DNA of 63,547 nucleotides, the filler included, from Octopus bimaculoides (taxonomy: Eukaryota), in NCBI RefSeq assembly GCF_001194135.2. It is 7 parts of 5 records of this genome, joined end to end, with 100 filler letters (N's around TTAATTAATTAA, not from the genome) between each part and the next. Parts side by side here need not be neighbours in the genome. Positions count along the whole stretch, not along the records: positions 21,238 to 33,278 come from NC_068987.1; positions 33,379 to 53,518 come from NC_068981.1; 5 more parts are not named here. One strand, 5' to 3'. This document shows, piece by piece, positions 24,941 to 39,461 of the stretch. The notes under the pieces were generated by a model. That model made no database searches. It saw only the letters and a list, made by a program, of their open reading frames with translations, and was not told the DNA's origin. Position 1 is the stretch's first letter. Every line of letters starts with the position of its first letter. Both the position numbers and the translations under genes were made by a program.

Positions 24941-26809
24941 CGATATAATGAAATAAGGTCGTCTTAACTGCACTGTACCAACAAAATAGATAATCATAAT
25001 TGGAATGCTTTTGATTGTTAGTATAATAGATTAGGACGTTTATGGGTCTTAGATAACAAACACAACAGAAACAACATTCAAACACCTAGTTCCTTTTAAA
25101 GAATTAACTTCCAAATACTTATATACTTCTTGATTTTTATGAAACTCCTAATTTCATTATATTCGAAAAAGGAATGATTTTCTCAAAATTTAGCAACTCT
25201 ATTTTCAAAATAGTCTGCTTGAAGATGACACATTTCTTTGATTATTCTCCACAAAAATAACTCCCACACATACATTCACACAAGTAGTCATACGTATGTT
25301 TAATCATATATACTGTACATTTTAAAATATATCTTGCACTACTATAAGTGTTCTCATTTGGCTGTTGTTCAAGACAGATATACTTTCTTAGATATAACGA
25401 TTAAATTCCGATATCTAATAGACACGAAATGTCTTATTTTTCTATAAGGCATCTACGTTAACCAATTTTTCAAATAACTTGACATAATGATATCACCATT
25501 TCATTTTAAACTACTCGTTATATTAAATTAAAAATATCTTGATCTTTATTCGATAGTTAAATAACTGGAGTGGAAATGGACTTTTAACCAAATTACCTCT
25601 TTTTCTTAATCCAATTAAATCTTCTGCAGTATTCATGATTTACTATCTTTGGTATAATTCGCATTCACATATTTAGCTGTAAGATTACTGTATATTTTTT
25701 TCTTCATTATTTTACTTTATTATCATAAAATGTACAAGTCCAATATTTTATAGCCTAAATATTGAAAAGAAAATTATTAAATGTTGAATCTACATTTTTT
25801 AATCTCATAGGAAACGAATTCGAGAATTATATTGCAATATCATTTTGAACATTTCAATGATTATTAAATTTTTCTTATGGAAGCCTGAAAACGTGTCTCT
25901 AGTTTCCCAAATATGTTGCTTTCTGGATGCATTGTTATAAATGAAATACTATTTAGATGCTTTTATATCTTCACATTTTCAAACAATAATTCTGCGATTG
26001 TATCTTTGCTCACATCCACAAAATATTTCTGTTAAACGCATAAAAATCACGACTGCAGCTATCCTTTCCATACTTTCTGAAATAATTAAAATACATTTGT
26101 TATGTTACATTTTTCGACGATATATTATATATATAGTAAGCTTTTACAAATCCCTTCTTAAGTATGATATTGAACTAAACCTAATACTATTGTCTACTTA
26201 ATATTGCATCTCATAGAACACAATGTGACTAACATTTGCTTCCATTGCATGAAGCTAAGATCAGAGCATTGTAGCTGCTATATCGATAATTGTCTCGCTT
26301 GCAGGTGAATTACCAAGGAGAAAATTATCTTTATCATTCCTCAAGTTATAAACTTCAACCCAACATTGTAATCTGCTTTGACCAACTCCAACACATCAAT
26401 TGCTGTTATACTTTTGCCTGTCGACACCATTAACTTCCTCACCTTTATTCACTGCTAAGCAGAATTCCCTTGCATATATCTCGGCTATTTTCCCATCTCC
26501 TCTTCAAAATCTATTCCTCACAAACTGGTTTGAAGAAAAAAGCTCTCATTTTGGCATCGACAGTAACTCTTGAGTTCAAGCGATTAACACCAAAGCTTTT
26601 TGTCGACGATGAACTCTGACAAGGACAAAAAGCTAGCTAGGTAATCGCTCACCTTCTATAATCATCATTATAATGATTGTAATGTAAGTATATTTATCTA
26701 TGTAACGAAACTCTAAAAGCATTTCAACAAACCAATTACCACATCACATTAATTTGAATGTAAACTATAGATGAATAGAAAGAAAGAAAGAAAGATAGAT
26801 CGATAGATA

Positions 26810-26827
26810 AATAGATAGATAGATAGG

Positions 26828-26865
<38 letters not shown>

Positions 26866-26925
26866 TAGATAGATATATATAGAGAGAGAATGAGAGAGAA
26901 AGAGAGAGAGAGAATAGTAGAGAGA
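26810..26925. repeat. (GATA)n/(GA)n microsatellite
   Basis: Direct reading. Confidence 0.9.
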
Positions 26926-28248
26926 ATTGTTTCCATTTGTATTGCCGTTATGAGTACGTGACACAGTGTATGACAAGAATGTGAGAGTGTGGAATTTGAA
27001 TTACACACTTAATCTACCCGACAAGCTTTTATACAGTTTCCGTCGGCTCAACTTAACTTGCAAGGAAAGATTCGACCCGAGAATATAAAACATGACCATA
27101 TCTCCATGATGCCAGGTAAGGAAATCGAATCCGAGAAGATGTTGGTGCGAACTTCTTAATCATTGGGTTAAATTTCTTACAACTATTTCTTCGGAGTATA
27201 ATAAATTACAGAACACAAAGTGGATGTACTATGTGTCATTGAACATTGTTATGAAACCAAACATAAATTATTGTGAGAATACTTATCTGTCATGTAGGTA
27301 GTTCTATACGTATGAAGTCAAAGATGTAGCATTCATCTAATTTATGAGAAAGTTCCATCGGATTTATTTAGAGACAAAAATACATAAAGAAATATGTGAA
27401 AAAATATGATTTAAATTTAAGATAGAGAATTAATGTGCAGTGTTGGATAGAGAAAAGTATTGAATGTTGAAAAAGTATTATGTATTACCTGGTAACTACG
27501 ATGAGGCAATGTTGAAAGATAAATTATGAGAGATAGATTGTAGTTTATTTACACGTAAAGTGAATTTTCTTATTAAAATATTAACTGTCTAGGTTGTTTG
27601 AATATTTTACACCTGTTGGACATTTGTTGAATAAAACCAGTCAACATCAGGAGTGACTATATAGACTGGACGTTTGATGTCAATCGTTACTTTCAATTAG
27701 TCTGAAATGTACGCGTTCATAGTTAAAGGAAACAATATGCCAAATTTACAAATTTCTCCAAATTATAAATAATTTTATATGTTAGAATGTAATAAATTAA
27801 CATAGCATGTAGTACGGTGTCTTATTACAATGCAACATTTATGTAAGTATCACATTTAGAGGTAAATTAATTTAAACTTTAGATTTAATGGAAATGCATA
27901 TTTTGAAAAGGGAAAATAAAAGCAAGTGAATTTTCAAATCACTGCACCGACTAACTGTTCCTTAATATGGCACACGTATAAGAGTTTTAGATAAATAAGA
28001 ACAACAAATATAGATTTAATATTTTATAATCTTTTACATATCTAATATTGATGGATTAAGTTAAATTCAATGCAAAAATACATACATTCACACACACATA
28101 CACACATATGTACAATTACATATATATATNNNNNNNNNNNNNNNNNNNNNNNNNNNNNNNNNNNNNNNNNNNNNNNNNNNNNNNNNNNNNNNNNNNNNNN
28201 TGTGTGTGTGTGTGTCTATCTATCGATATCTATCCATCTATCTATCTA

Positions 28249-28283
<35 letters not shown>

Positions 28284-29871
28284 ACATCTACACACACTAA
28301 CATACATACATATGTGTGTATGTATTATGCATATATATATGAGCTTGAAGATAATGTTTGGCTTTATGCTTTAATATATAATTGATCTAAATCGATATTA
28401 CATCCCCCGTAATGTATCTATTTTAATTAAAATCCTTTATCGATGTGTACTTTGCTACGAAATCGTTCAAGATAATGTAATTGTCGTACAGTATGCATGG
28501 TCTGATAATGTATTTAATAGTTGAGCAAAACGTTGCTGCTTTACTTGATGCGTGATCTAAATATTTCCTTATATTCTCAGAGACTATGTGTATGCATGAT
28601 ATAGAACATTCTTTCTATATAATCGGATTGGCAGCACAGATGTTATAAAATCCTCTTTGATGAAAACTGCAATATTTTAGAATATATGTTGTCGCTTTAT
28701 ATCGTATCAGCAAAAGAACGGTGACGACAGAAATGCTTGAAAATGTATGTGACGCTAAATATTACTTTTTGAACACAAACTTATTGAATAAATCGAAATT
28801 AGCCCTGCTTTCGCACCATAGGTCAATTATTCGGCGAATAAATTTATTACAATAGTAAACTTTAATTTGTTATTCTCCTGAACTAAATGATCTCACTTTG
28901 AACCATAATTTTAATGTTGATAACGCTCAGGTACAACTTGATCTTTTATGAATGACGTCGCAGATATGATTATCTCCTTGAGATTCTGTATAATACACTA
29001 TATTGTCTAACATATCCTTCCCCTTTTATAATAGTAAGTAGCTATTTCTACAGTGATCATTGAATATTCTGCAATACAAAATGCATATTGATTTACGATT
29101 CAAGAAGCTTCGGTTTTAACATTAGCAAGAAGCATATATCTGAATATGGCTCCCGTATCTTTTCTACGATCTTCTGTTGTTCTTTTTCATCCTCCTTGTG
29201 AAAAACAACAGAATTCATGTTTTGAAAGATTTGTTTATGAAATGAATAATTAATCCGGAATATATATTTAATAATGTCGTTTAGTGAACATAGTTAACAT
29301 AGCAAGCTAATACATTTTAACTTTTTGAAATAGACATTCCTTTAAAGCATATTTTCAATGTTGTACTAGAAGTTTTTAATCCGCAACTATTCGAAGATAA
29401 ATTTATTATCGAACGCTCACCAAATTTCTTTTCATTCGTTGCCATTCAAAATTGCAAGAGAAGGAGATTTAGTATTAAATGTAGGTCACTATACTAAATC
29501 TTTAAACGGGCTATTGCCTAGGACAGCGCAAGACTTCTGAATAGGTCAGATGGATGAATAGTATTCAAATAATAGCTGAAAGAAAATTTTAATTATAGAT
29601 GCTGTGACATGTAAATAGTTTTGAGAATTATATCAATTAGAGTTTCTGCTTCGTTTTAGTTTGCCTTTAGACAGTACAAGTGTTAACGATCATAGTTTCA
29701 CCTGTGAAAGTATTTCATTTTAAAAATTATCTTCACAACATTAAGTACATGTTCAACAGAATGTAGGAAGAGGTGTTCCAAAGACATTTCCGTGGTGTAT
29801 TTACGTTGTTTAGTTAATGTAAAGTGATTTTTATTTGATTTCATATACAGATATTTTATTATAAAATAAGC

Positions 29872-30035
29872 GCAGGCATGGCTGTGTGGTAGGCAGTTTA
29901 GTTCCCAACCACATAGTTCTGGATTGAATACCACTGCTCCGTATCTTGGACAAGTGTCTTTTACTGTAGCTTATGGTCGACCAAAGCCTGGTATGTGGAT
30001 TTGGAGGGGAAAACTGAAAGAAGGCCATCGTATAT
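29872..30035 (+). mobile_element. SINE family B 5' half
   Basis: gcgcaggcatggctgtgtggtagg...ccaaccacatagttc...tcttggacaagtgtctt. Confidence 0.8.
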
Positions 30036-30169
30036 ATATAATAAACTTAGCTGAAATCGCCAAATACTTTGTACGAAACTCCGCCTGGTGAGTAAGATGC
30101 AGATTTCAAAATCATTGTCACGACGGCTTAGCTATTAGAAGATAAGATTGAAAACAAATAAAAATCATT

Positions 30170-31447
30170 CAGATATTTTAACTAATTTTTTAACAAAACA
30201 GTTAGAAACTTCGTATACTGGTGCAATTTCTCACACAGAACACGGTTCACTTTGAATGCCTTTGACAATATTTCGTATTTTAAGAGTTACGTCGTGTTAA
30301 AGTTGTCGTATTTGGATAATTTTAACCAATCAACGACGTGTATTCAGTTGAAGAAAGCTACTGCTGTTTGCGATAGTAGTCGAAGCGGAACAACTTCCGG
30401 GTCATCTTTGTTCAATGTCACCACTCTTCATATGTTATCTTTTCTTCCTTTTTAGTCAGCACTGTGCATTCCTGACTTTTCCCCTCTCAACTGGCAGACA
30501 GCCACTTCTATACTATCAACTACCAACCAACAATTGGTAGTTGACATCGTATTTTCCGGTGTATAGGTCGATAGTTTTTATCTAGAAAATCTAGTGTGTA
30601 GCTTATAGAAGAAAGGTGCGCNNNNNNNNNNTGTATGGAGATCGACTGATTCGACTTATTTTTTTGTGAGGAAAGATCGGTGGGTAAACAACGTAAAGGA
30701 CTACGGCTACAGTGTATTGGTGTCTGGAAGAAAACAAAGCATATTTGTTTTGTTTTACCTTAATGCTTGGGTAATGTTATTTTTAATCTAATAGAGACTT
30801 TTATATTGACAAAATGTGTTTGTTGTTGATTATAGTAAGATAAAATCATGACAATAACAATACATCCCATAGTTTAAAATAAGGCATTTTGAAACTACAT
30901 ACACGTCAGCAACAAAAAAGTTAGCTGCGGACGCCTAGCTCTATAAGTCTTTTAAACACCGTTGTGCTCTATGTGTGGATAAAACCAAAATGTCTTCCCG
31001 AATTCGATCCTGCGGCTTAAATACCGGTGTCGGGTAAAATAATAAATATATGTAAATAATATTTCTTCCTTGTTGATGTTGATTCTTCGATTTTTTCTGG
31101 TTACTCCGACGCGAGAACCAACAAATAATAATAAATAAATAAACGCATGTAATATGCAACACAGACAGTAACCAAAGCATAAAATCGAACAGAGTGGTAA
31201 CATTTAGCAGAGATGAGCCGGAAGTTGTTCCTCTTCGATCACTATCGCAAACAGCAGTAGTTTTCTTCAACTGAATACACGTTGTTGATTAGTTAAACTT
31301 GCCCAAATACGAGAGCTTTAACACGAAAGAACTTCTAAAATACCAAATTTGTCAAACATGTTCAAAGTGAACCGTGTTCTGCTCGAGAAATTATACCAGT
31401 ATACAAAGTTTCTAACTGTTTTGTTAAACAATTAGTTAAAATATCTG
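30170..31447. repeat. Inverted repeat, ~258-bp arms (30170-30427 / 31191-31447)
   Basis: Arms align by eye, e.g. tattcagttgaagaaagctactgctgtttgcgatagt versus the reverse complement of actatcgcaaacagcagtagttttcttcaactgaata. Confidence 0.9.
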
Positions 31448-31488
31448 TGAGCCAATCTGAACAGATTCCTATGTCTATCAGTTATAAC

Positions 31489-32877
31489 ATATTAAGTTCT
31501 TAGATATTACCAGCAGTTTTTCTAACATGATCTCTGGAATAATTTCAACTGCGTCTGAAAAAGTAATAATCTCAATGTAATCTCTAATCGAAAAATGCAT
31601 ATGGAATGAACGAGGAATCATTTTCTATCTAAGGGAATCTCCACCATCCTAACAAAATTTCTCACGTTGCACTAAATGGCATTAATTCATCTGTCAAGCG
31701 CCTAAATACTAACTTATAAAATGAAAATGGAAATAATATTTTAACACTACCAAAGACATATTTCCACTTGATGAAACATATAAATGCAATATTCCTTTTC
31801 ATATTTCTCTATCCGATTAATTAGATCTTCGAAATCAGATTTATATATCACTAGTAGGGCTATATTAAATTTTCTGTTAAAATATATAATAAATATCTGT
31901 ATTAGAAGTCTGGAATATTATAAGTGCTGGACATAATAGTCTCAACATTCTCTGGGATTGAAAAACTACTCTTCTATCCAGTTTTATATATCGGAAAACT
32001 AACCATCTACACCTAAACAAACCATTTTATACACTGTTATCTATGCTAAATATGTCACACACACGTCAAAATGTTACAATTTTACCAGCCATTATAAAAT
32101 ATCTCTCAACGGAGAAAATAATCATCAAACCATTCTGCAGGAATATATTATATCAATACCACATAAGTCTCGACTACCTTAAAGATTATATTTCTGTTCC
32201 TCATAGAATTATGTTTACAAAATTATGGCCTACACCTACTTGGAATCATTTATCAACAACCTATAGACCGCTTCAGAAAGCGTTTTATAATGGCTGGTAA
32301 AACTGTAACATTTTGACGTGTGATTCTTTAAATGTGCTATATTTGGCATAGTTGACAGTGTATAAAAGGGTTTGTTTAATTGTAGATGGTTAGTATTCGC
32401 ATATATAAAATTGAATAGAAAAGCAGTTTTCCGATTCTAGAGAATGTTGAGACTATTATGTCCAGCACTTATAATATTTCAGACTTCTAATACAGATATC
32501 AGTTATAGATGTCACAGAAGATTTAATATAGATCTACTAGAGATATGTAAATCTAGTTTACAAAGACTGATTGAAAGACATGAGAAGGAATTCTTATGTT
32601 TCATTAAGAGAAATGTCTTTAGTAGGGTTAAAATATCATTTTTATATTCAATTCGTAATTTAGTATTTACACATTGACGGGGAAATTAATGCTACTTAGT
32701 GCAACATGAGTTTTTTAGGAGTGGTTGAGATTCGCTTAGATATAAAATGACTCCTAGTCCATTTCATATATATTTTTTGATTTGAGATTACATTGAGATT
32801 ATGACTTTTTCAGATGTAATTGAAATTATTCCGGAGATCGTGTTAGACATTGTTGGTTCTATTCTAGAACTTAATAT
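31489..32877. repeat. Long inverted repeat, ~600-bp arms (31489-32099 / 32283-32877), 183-bp spacer
   Basis: Blocks such as tattataagtgctggacataatagtctcaacattctct, gtcaaaatgttaca.ttttaccagccattataaaa and gagattacattgagattat pair across the arms. Confidence 0.92.
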
Positions 32878-33401
32878 ATCTTATCACTAATCACAAATCT
32901 TCTTAAGCAGATAGAAATAACTGAAAACCCATTGATGGGTTTTCATTTGTTTTTCAACCAACACTTCTAATAATGAAGCTGTCACGTCAACGATTTTCAA
33001 AATTGTACGCCTGCCAACTTAATCCCAGGGTGAAGCATTCACTCATCTTGAGCGTGATAGTCAAGTGCAGATTCTTAAAAGGTATTTCTAGCTTTTAATA
33101 GTTAAGTCTATTAGAAGTGCACCTCACGAGTTTCAGCATATATCTTACTAAGTGCACGGGTGTGTGTGTGTGTGTGTGTATATGTATATCGGACCGCCAG
33201 ATTTAGGTGGAAAATATACTTCAAGATTCCGTGCTGCTACTGTTTACATGTTGCTCAGAAATTTAATACTGTTTATATNNNNNNNNNNNNNNNNNNNNNN
33301 NNNNNNNNNNNNNNNNNNNNNNTTAATTAATTAANNNNNNNNNNNNNNNNNNNNNNNNNNNNNNNNNNNNNNNNNNNNTATATATATTTATATGAATATA
33401 T

Positions 33402-33480
<79 letters not shown>

Positions 33481-33825
33481 TATAATGTTTTGTCTGTTTA
33501 ATATTTTAGGTTAAATACACGAAATGATATAAAATAATTTTCTAGAAGCGCCCCTCTCTCTTTCTCTCCCTATATCCAGCACACTCACTCATGCAGCTTT
33601 TCCATCCTTCTACGTCACAAGGTATTGATGGACAGATATAGTCGAGGAGTTTAATAAGTTCAATTCTTAACTATGGGGTTCTTTCCGCATTCAGTCGCAC
33701 TATGCACGACATTAGGAATGTACTTTGGGATCATCGACTTGGGTCTATCACTGATTCATGAATGAATTGCATAGATAGAATCTTGGAGGAAACTCTTAAA
33801 GGAACAATCCTCTTCTTGGAAAATA

Positions 33826-34966
33826 CAGGGTCCTGCAGATAAATTGGGACGATTATTACGATGCATAAAACTGGTTATAAATACTAAAATAATATTTAGT
33901 AGACATAATTTTGATGTAGCATTTATTACAACAAAAACATTCATCACTCAATATGGCCGCCCTTTTGGGCAATTGCCGCCTCCACATGATAAGGAAATGC
34001 TTTTGGAGCTGCCGCAATCTCCATCTTTGTGATTTTATGTGTCGAACGCACGATGTATGCCATCAAACTACTGATGCTTGAGTGTGGTGAAGCATTGATC
34101 CTTGCTATTAGCACGCTCTATAAAAAGCAATCGAGAAGGTTGCGATCTCGGCTATTACTGGACCAGACTTGGCTCTCACTAAACAAAACATGGCACCTTC
34201 TCACCAAGTCTTGTGTTGCTTTTGACACATGTCATGGTGCAGAATCTTGGATAAGCACCACATCATCAAGCTCAAATGTTTGCCTCATCCAAGGTTACAG
34301 TGAGTTTTTCAGACTGTCCAAATACTCCTCTGTGCCGATCTTGAAGCTAGACTTAATGAATTTGGATCCATGACATTTACATCATTCGTCAGAAGTGTTG
34401 TATGCAATCAATCGAGAATTTCTGCGATTCACTTCAGCGTCTGCAGTGAACTCCCTTTCGCCCACAAACACGTGAGATTTTTCTGCACCTTAATGGCCAT
34501 CTCTCGGTTCTGGTTGCTTTAGACTTGGCTGTTGGAGGTGACAGCGTCGTCGAACATAGCCAGTCATGCAAAGGTTCATGTACACAGCTCTGGACACCGT
34601 GGAAAGGGGCACATCGCTTTTCCTTGCAAGATTTGCCATGGATGCAGATGGGTTGGCTTCAATCGCGCGTTTGAGGCCAGTGAGTGATTTTGGATTGCGC
34701 TTAGAATCACTTCGAATCTTGTGTACTTTCCTATCAATCTTTCTTCTTTAAATTGTTTATACACACGATAAACTGTTGCTTTTGGAAGTTTCCTTAACTT
34801 AACAATTTTATTGGCAGTGTGGCAGCCGTGCGCCAAAACAACAATGGAGGAACAACTATATTGTTCCTTGACTTTCTGTTGTCGAATCAGTTCACAATTA
34901 ATCTGAAATGTTAAGCCCATTAAGCCAACTGCTTAAAATTGGTCTCAATTTATCTGCAAGACCCAG
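33826..34966 (-). mobile_element. Tc1/mariner DD37D (maT) transposon, inactivated
   Basis: TA-flanked imperfect ~29-bp TIRs (cagggtcctgcagataaattggga / ctgggtcttgcagataaattgaga). Minus frames give an HTH region (LPKATVYRVYKQF) and QDSAP*H...WSSNSRDRNLLD with 37 residues between the last two Asp, ending AQKGGHIE*. Confidence 0.9.
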
Positions 34967-37900
34967 TAGAATTAAACTGTCAACAGCTTTAACATCATTT
35001 ATCTGTCCATTGTATGCCTACAGCATAACTTCTCTTCCTCCAACCATTTTGGAAGACATGCAGAGGGTTATGGGTTTCAAGCATAAAATGATTGTCCTCA
35101 ACAAATCTTAATACCAGAGAATTTGAAATCAATACCTTGTACTTGACTTCCTCAAAATTATTCCATGCTTTTATCACATATTTTAATCATATAATTTTTT
35201 TTTAGTTGATACAAATAGCTAATCTTTTGTGATGCACATTAATAATGATATTCTTTTCTCGTTCTTCCCTTCTTTTTATAGTTGACAAATAGAATATGAT
35301 AAACGTTTCCAGCATCAATGTTATAGCACTTTCTATTTAATTTTACATGTTGTTTTGTGCCAGGAGATGTAACGGAATAGACTTAGTTGCAAATGCATAA
35401 ACATTCTTCGTGCTGTACTCGTCATTGTTGTGATGAACAGGAAATAATTGTACCGTACAGTTAGTGGAGATACTTTTAGCAAGTGACCTGGAGATTTTCC
35501 TGATGTTTAAGAAGCGTTGGCGCACGTGATCAGTATGATATCCACAGAGGCATCGTTCGAAGTTCATACAATGATTTTGGACGAATCACGAAGCTGTGTA
35601 TTCTCCTCAAAATTATGAGAGTGAGCATTTATCACATGGCGTATGCGTTTCCTTTGGCTTGAATTACTTGAAAGACTTCGGTAAGTGGAGCAACATCTAT
35701 TAGAAGACGGTTTGAGTTATGTGGCCATGATAAGGTAGTGTTCAGACTCTCTCCTTCTGTGTTGGACAGTCTTGAGCAGGTTCCGTTCGGAGACCGTTGT
35801 GATCTAGTAAATATTGGTCTGGTAGCTGAGAAATAGGTCAGCAGATGAAAGGAGTTGATGTAATGAGTTGAGGTAGTGAAAATTTGGCTTCTGCACCGAC
35901 AACCATTTATGTGACTTAGGACAATGACTTCAGAGAGGACTCAAGTAAGATTTATGTACTAAGAATAGTATGAATTAAGAGTTGTTTGGTGTTTGCAGAA
36001 GATCAAATAGCAGTAGAATGTAAAATGTATTGGGGAGTCAATTAACTGGAGGTCATTGTTGTTGATGTTCATGTCAGAGAGGTGAATAGCGGGAGCAGGT
36101 ATAATCTAAATTTGTCCAAGCACGACTTCTTATAGTGGACAACAGAGAGTGTTTATTAATAGACTTTGAGAGACTGTCTCAGAAAAGAATAGCATGTAAG
36201 AGCTAGCGTTTTAGTAAAGGACGACGTGTGAGGGCTAGTTTGGATAGGATCAATGGATAATAATAAAATGGAAGGAGTACAGACCAATTCTGGGGCATTC
36301 TGATTGAATATAAATGTTACCGATGTTCAGAAAACTCAGAAAAAACTCATACTGGTCTAGTCCGAAGGCTTGCAGCGCTGAACTGCTCGCGGTGCGGTGA
36401 ATGCGCCTACAGGCTACGTGATGGCTCTCAGAGGTGTGCACAAGCGATCACAATGGATAAGGAATTATAACTAGAAAAGAAACTCGTAATGTATTCATCA
36501 AACTATGACTATGAAGGATTTCACATCATACGCAGAAGGAACAAGAAGAATTTTCATATGCATGTGGAACATTTTCATAATATGTGTATGTGTGTGTGTT
36601 TTGTGAGTGTGTGTGTGTGTGTGTGTGTTTGTACGTGTGATCGTGTATACTATCGACGTTCTAAAGTTCAAACAACGAACAGATCTTCATTAAATATTCT
36701 GTTTTATGATACAAGTCTATGTTATAATAAGCTAAAAGAAAAACGGGCAAAGGTCTTTTGTATTTAAATACAAACTTCTATAGACTGCCTTATTTGCATG
36801 CTTCTTTTTACATTCGCGCATTTTTGTCAGTTATTTCTTTCTCGTTCTAAATTTTACGACGTCAAATGTAAGTAATATTATGCGGCTTCCATTTTAAAAT
36901 TATTTCCTTGATGCTGTTATCCTACATCATCCCTAGTCGAACAGACCTTTCTTTGTTTTTGCACGTCAACTACAGACTATGATTTGAGAGAAACTCGGCT
37001 ACTATTTCTTACACAAAGAAAACAAGTTATTAGTATCACTAAACCTAAGAGGTATTCTAATGTATATCACACGCCCCCCCACACACACACACACACGCGC
37101 GCGCGCGTGGAACTTGAATGCTTCATCTTATGTGGAAAATCAACAGTGTAATCATGTGTCTTCGATAAAAAAAAAGGTTGTAGCAGTATATTTATTTGTG
37201 GAACAATTATTATCATTATAATTTTTTTAAACAGGGATAACACTGGATGCCCAGAGACAATGTCATTAATTTTACTTTCCATTTTCACAAAGAATGCAGG
37301 TATTCTTTTTGGCTTTATTATGCTTTTGGAGATTTCTGGCTTTAATTTTTTAGTGAATATTAAAACTAAAATTTGAGTTTTTCACCTCACAACCACTGTT
37401 TGGAACTTTCGTGTCTATTTACACTTTGTTCAGCTTTTTCCTAGGTTGGCATGGTAGGACTTCTGCCGCCACCTTATGATGATATTCTGCAAATACATAT
37501 TTAGTCGAGGTTTTAGTCTTTTCACAATTTCTGTTATTTCCCATTTTTATTCGTCTGTCATTTCAGCTTGTTTTATGCTTTTTCTTTCCCTGAAAAAAAA
37601 AAGAACATGTTTGTTTTCGTTGTGCTTCGAAGTTATTTCTATCAAATTTTTATATTTTGTCACTCCATCTTTTGAGACACATCTGTGGATATTTCATGAT
37701 AATTTTCTAATTGCATAAATCCCCTAATACCCTGTATTCGTAACAAATACAATATTTATGTATTAGATTTAAAGTGATGTATTCTAAAAGCGGTCAATAT
37801 TTTCGTTTTTGTGTCTAGTTTTGCTAAACCATTTAGCGTGCAATGGAGAGAGAGCTAGTGTATTAATGCCTATCACCTCATTTATTGCATTTAACCATGT

Positions 37901-38139
37901 TTTAAAAATTAATTTTGTGTATCTATAATATGACTTCCTAATCTTTTCCTAATCTTAACAGTGGATTGGCAGAATTACTCCACCGTATTTATTTCAGCTT
38001 TTTTATAATCTGAGTTCAAATTCCATCGGTTTTGTCATTGCTTTTGATTCTTCAATGTCAATAAATTATGTTACCAGTCATGAACTGGAACCTAATCAAC
38101 AATCCACGTATATTTCTGGCCATGTAGCTGTGTTAAATA

Positions 38140-38313
38140 TTATATTTTTATTATCACCTTCATCATAATCATCGTCTTTACCTTAATCATCATCATTTTC
38201 ATCATCATCAACATCATCATCATCTGTAATAGCGGTGGTGGCGGTGATGGTATTAGCAGCAGTAGCAGCAGCAGCAGGAATAATAGTAGCAATGGTAGTA
38301 GTAGAAGTAGTGC

Positions 38314-38349
<36 letters not shown>

Positions 38350-38355
38350 TAGCAT
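38140..38355. repeat. (ATC)n then (AGC/AGT)n microsatellite
   Basis: Direct reading. Confidence 0.9.
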
Positions 38356-38399
38356 ACTTTGTTTCAATGTATTTTTAACTATAACACCAGGTGCTATTC

Positions 38400-39400
38400 G
38401 TGTACCTGAAGGTATTGTCTTTTTAGGGCGTAGATCTATCTGTATATCAGCTTAATTTTTTTATACAAGTTTTATATTTGTTAACCCCGGTGCTACTTTA
38501 CTGTTTCTTCTGTTATGCAGAATACGTGCTGTGTCAGTTCATTTATTTTGCTGTGTCTGGAATATGTTTCGTAAGTACTGGTTGATTAGTGCGAGACGGT
38601 TATTTAGTATAATAATGTGATATGTGATTCGTATAGCATTAATGAGTTTCAGGTGGGTAGAATGGGATTTTATTTTTCTTGTTTGTATTAGAGTGCCTGC
38701 TATTGGTTTTGTTGGAGTGCGTTTTGAGTTAGTTTATTGCATATTGATCTTGCACATTTGAATTGTTTTATGCAGTTTTAATTTGCTGCTGAACTGAAAG
38801 TGGCTTGGGTAGAATATTGGCTACTTCTAGTGCAGGAACTGTTTGAAATGAGTGCAGCAATATGAGCTATAGTACGGACTGTATGTTTCTGTTCATATTT
38901 TTATCATACCTAATATTGTAGTTGTTATCCGAAGTTTATTATTTGATGGCCCATATTTTGCTTATTTCATTATCAAGTCTCTTATATGTTGACAGTTTCT
39001 CCATCTCCTTTGGGATAACAATGTTCATCAGGTAGCAGGTATTTTTTCCACATTATTGTATCAGAACAGTAATTCTTGATCCATTTATCAATTTGGTTTG
39101 GCGTGTCTCATACATTGTAGGTGATTCGTAAATATTTTAGCATTTTTCGCTCGATTCACACTGAAAGGTTTGCCATACATTCCAGTGGACATACTGTCAA
39201 CACAATCGTATTTATGTATACACCCGGGTTTGGCAAAGATGCCAGCAATCTTCTTCTACTGGATGCATATTGTGCACTTAATGATAACATCTTATTATAA
39301 TCTCATTACCGTTTTATTTTGTTAGTTATAGATAGACAGTGGCGTTGTACAGTTAGAATCAGTTATTTTTTCTCTACTTTTAGCTTAGAGCTTTTGAGTC
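38400..39400 (-). mobile_element. Decayed R4/Dong-like (RLE) LINE 3' region
   Basis: Degenerate reverse homolog of the 40070-40530 segment. Confidence 0.4.
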
Positions 39401-39461
39401 ATTCCTGGATTTACCTCATCTTGCTCATGGCAATAATAACATTGTTATAATTATTTTAAGG

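Noticed and set aside
29515-29577. Minus-strand acceptor (ttttctttcAG|C TAT...) tested as the next Amt exon
   Set aside because: The frame hits a stop within 20 codons and has no Amt similarity.
37230-37736. cagggata...taccctgta as possible Tc1 TIRs
   Set aside because: Similarity is limited to about 6 nt.
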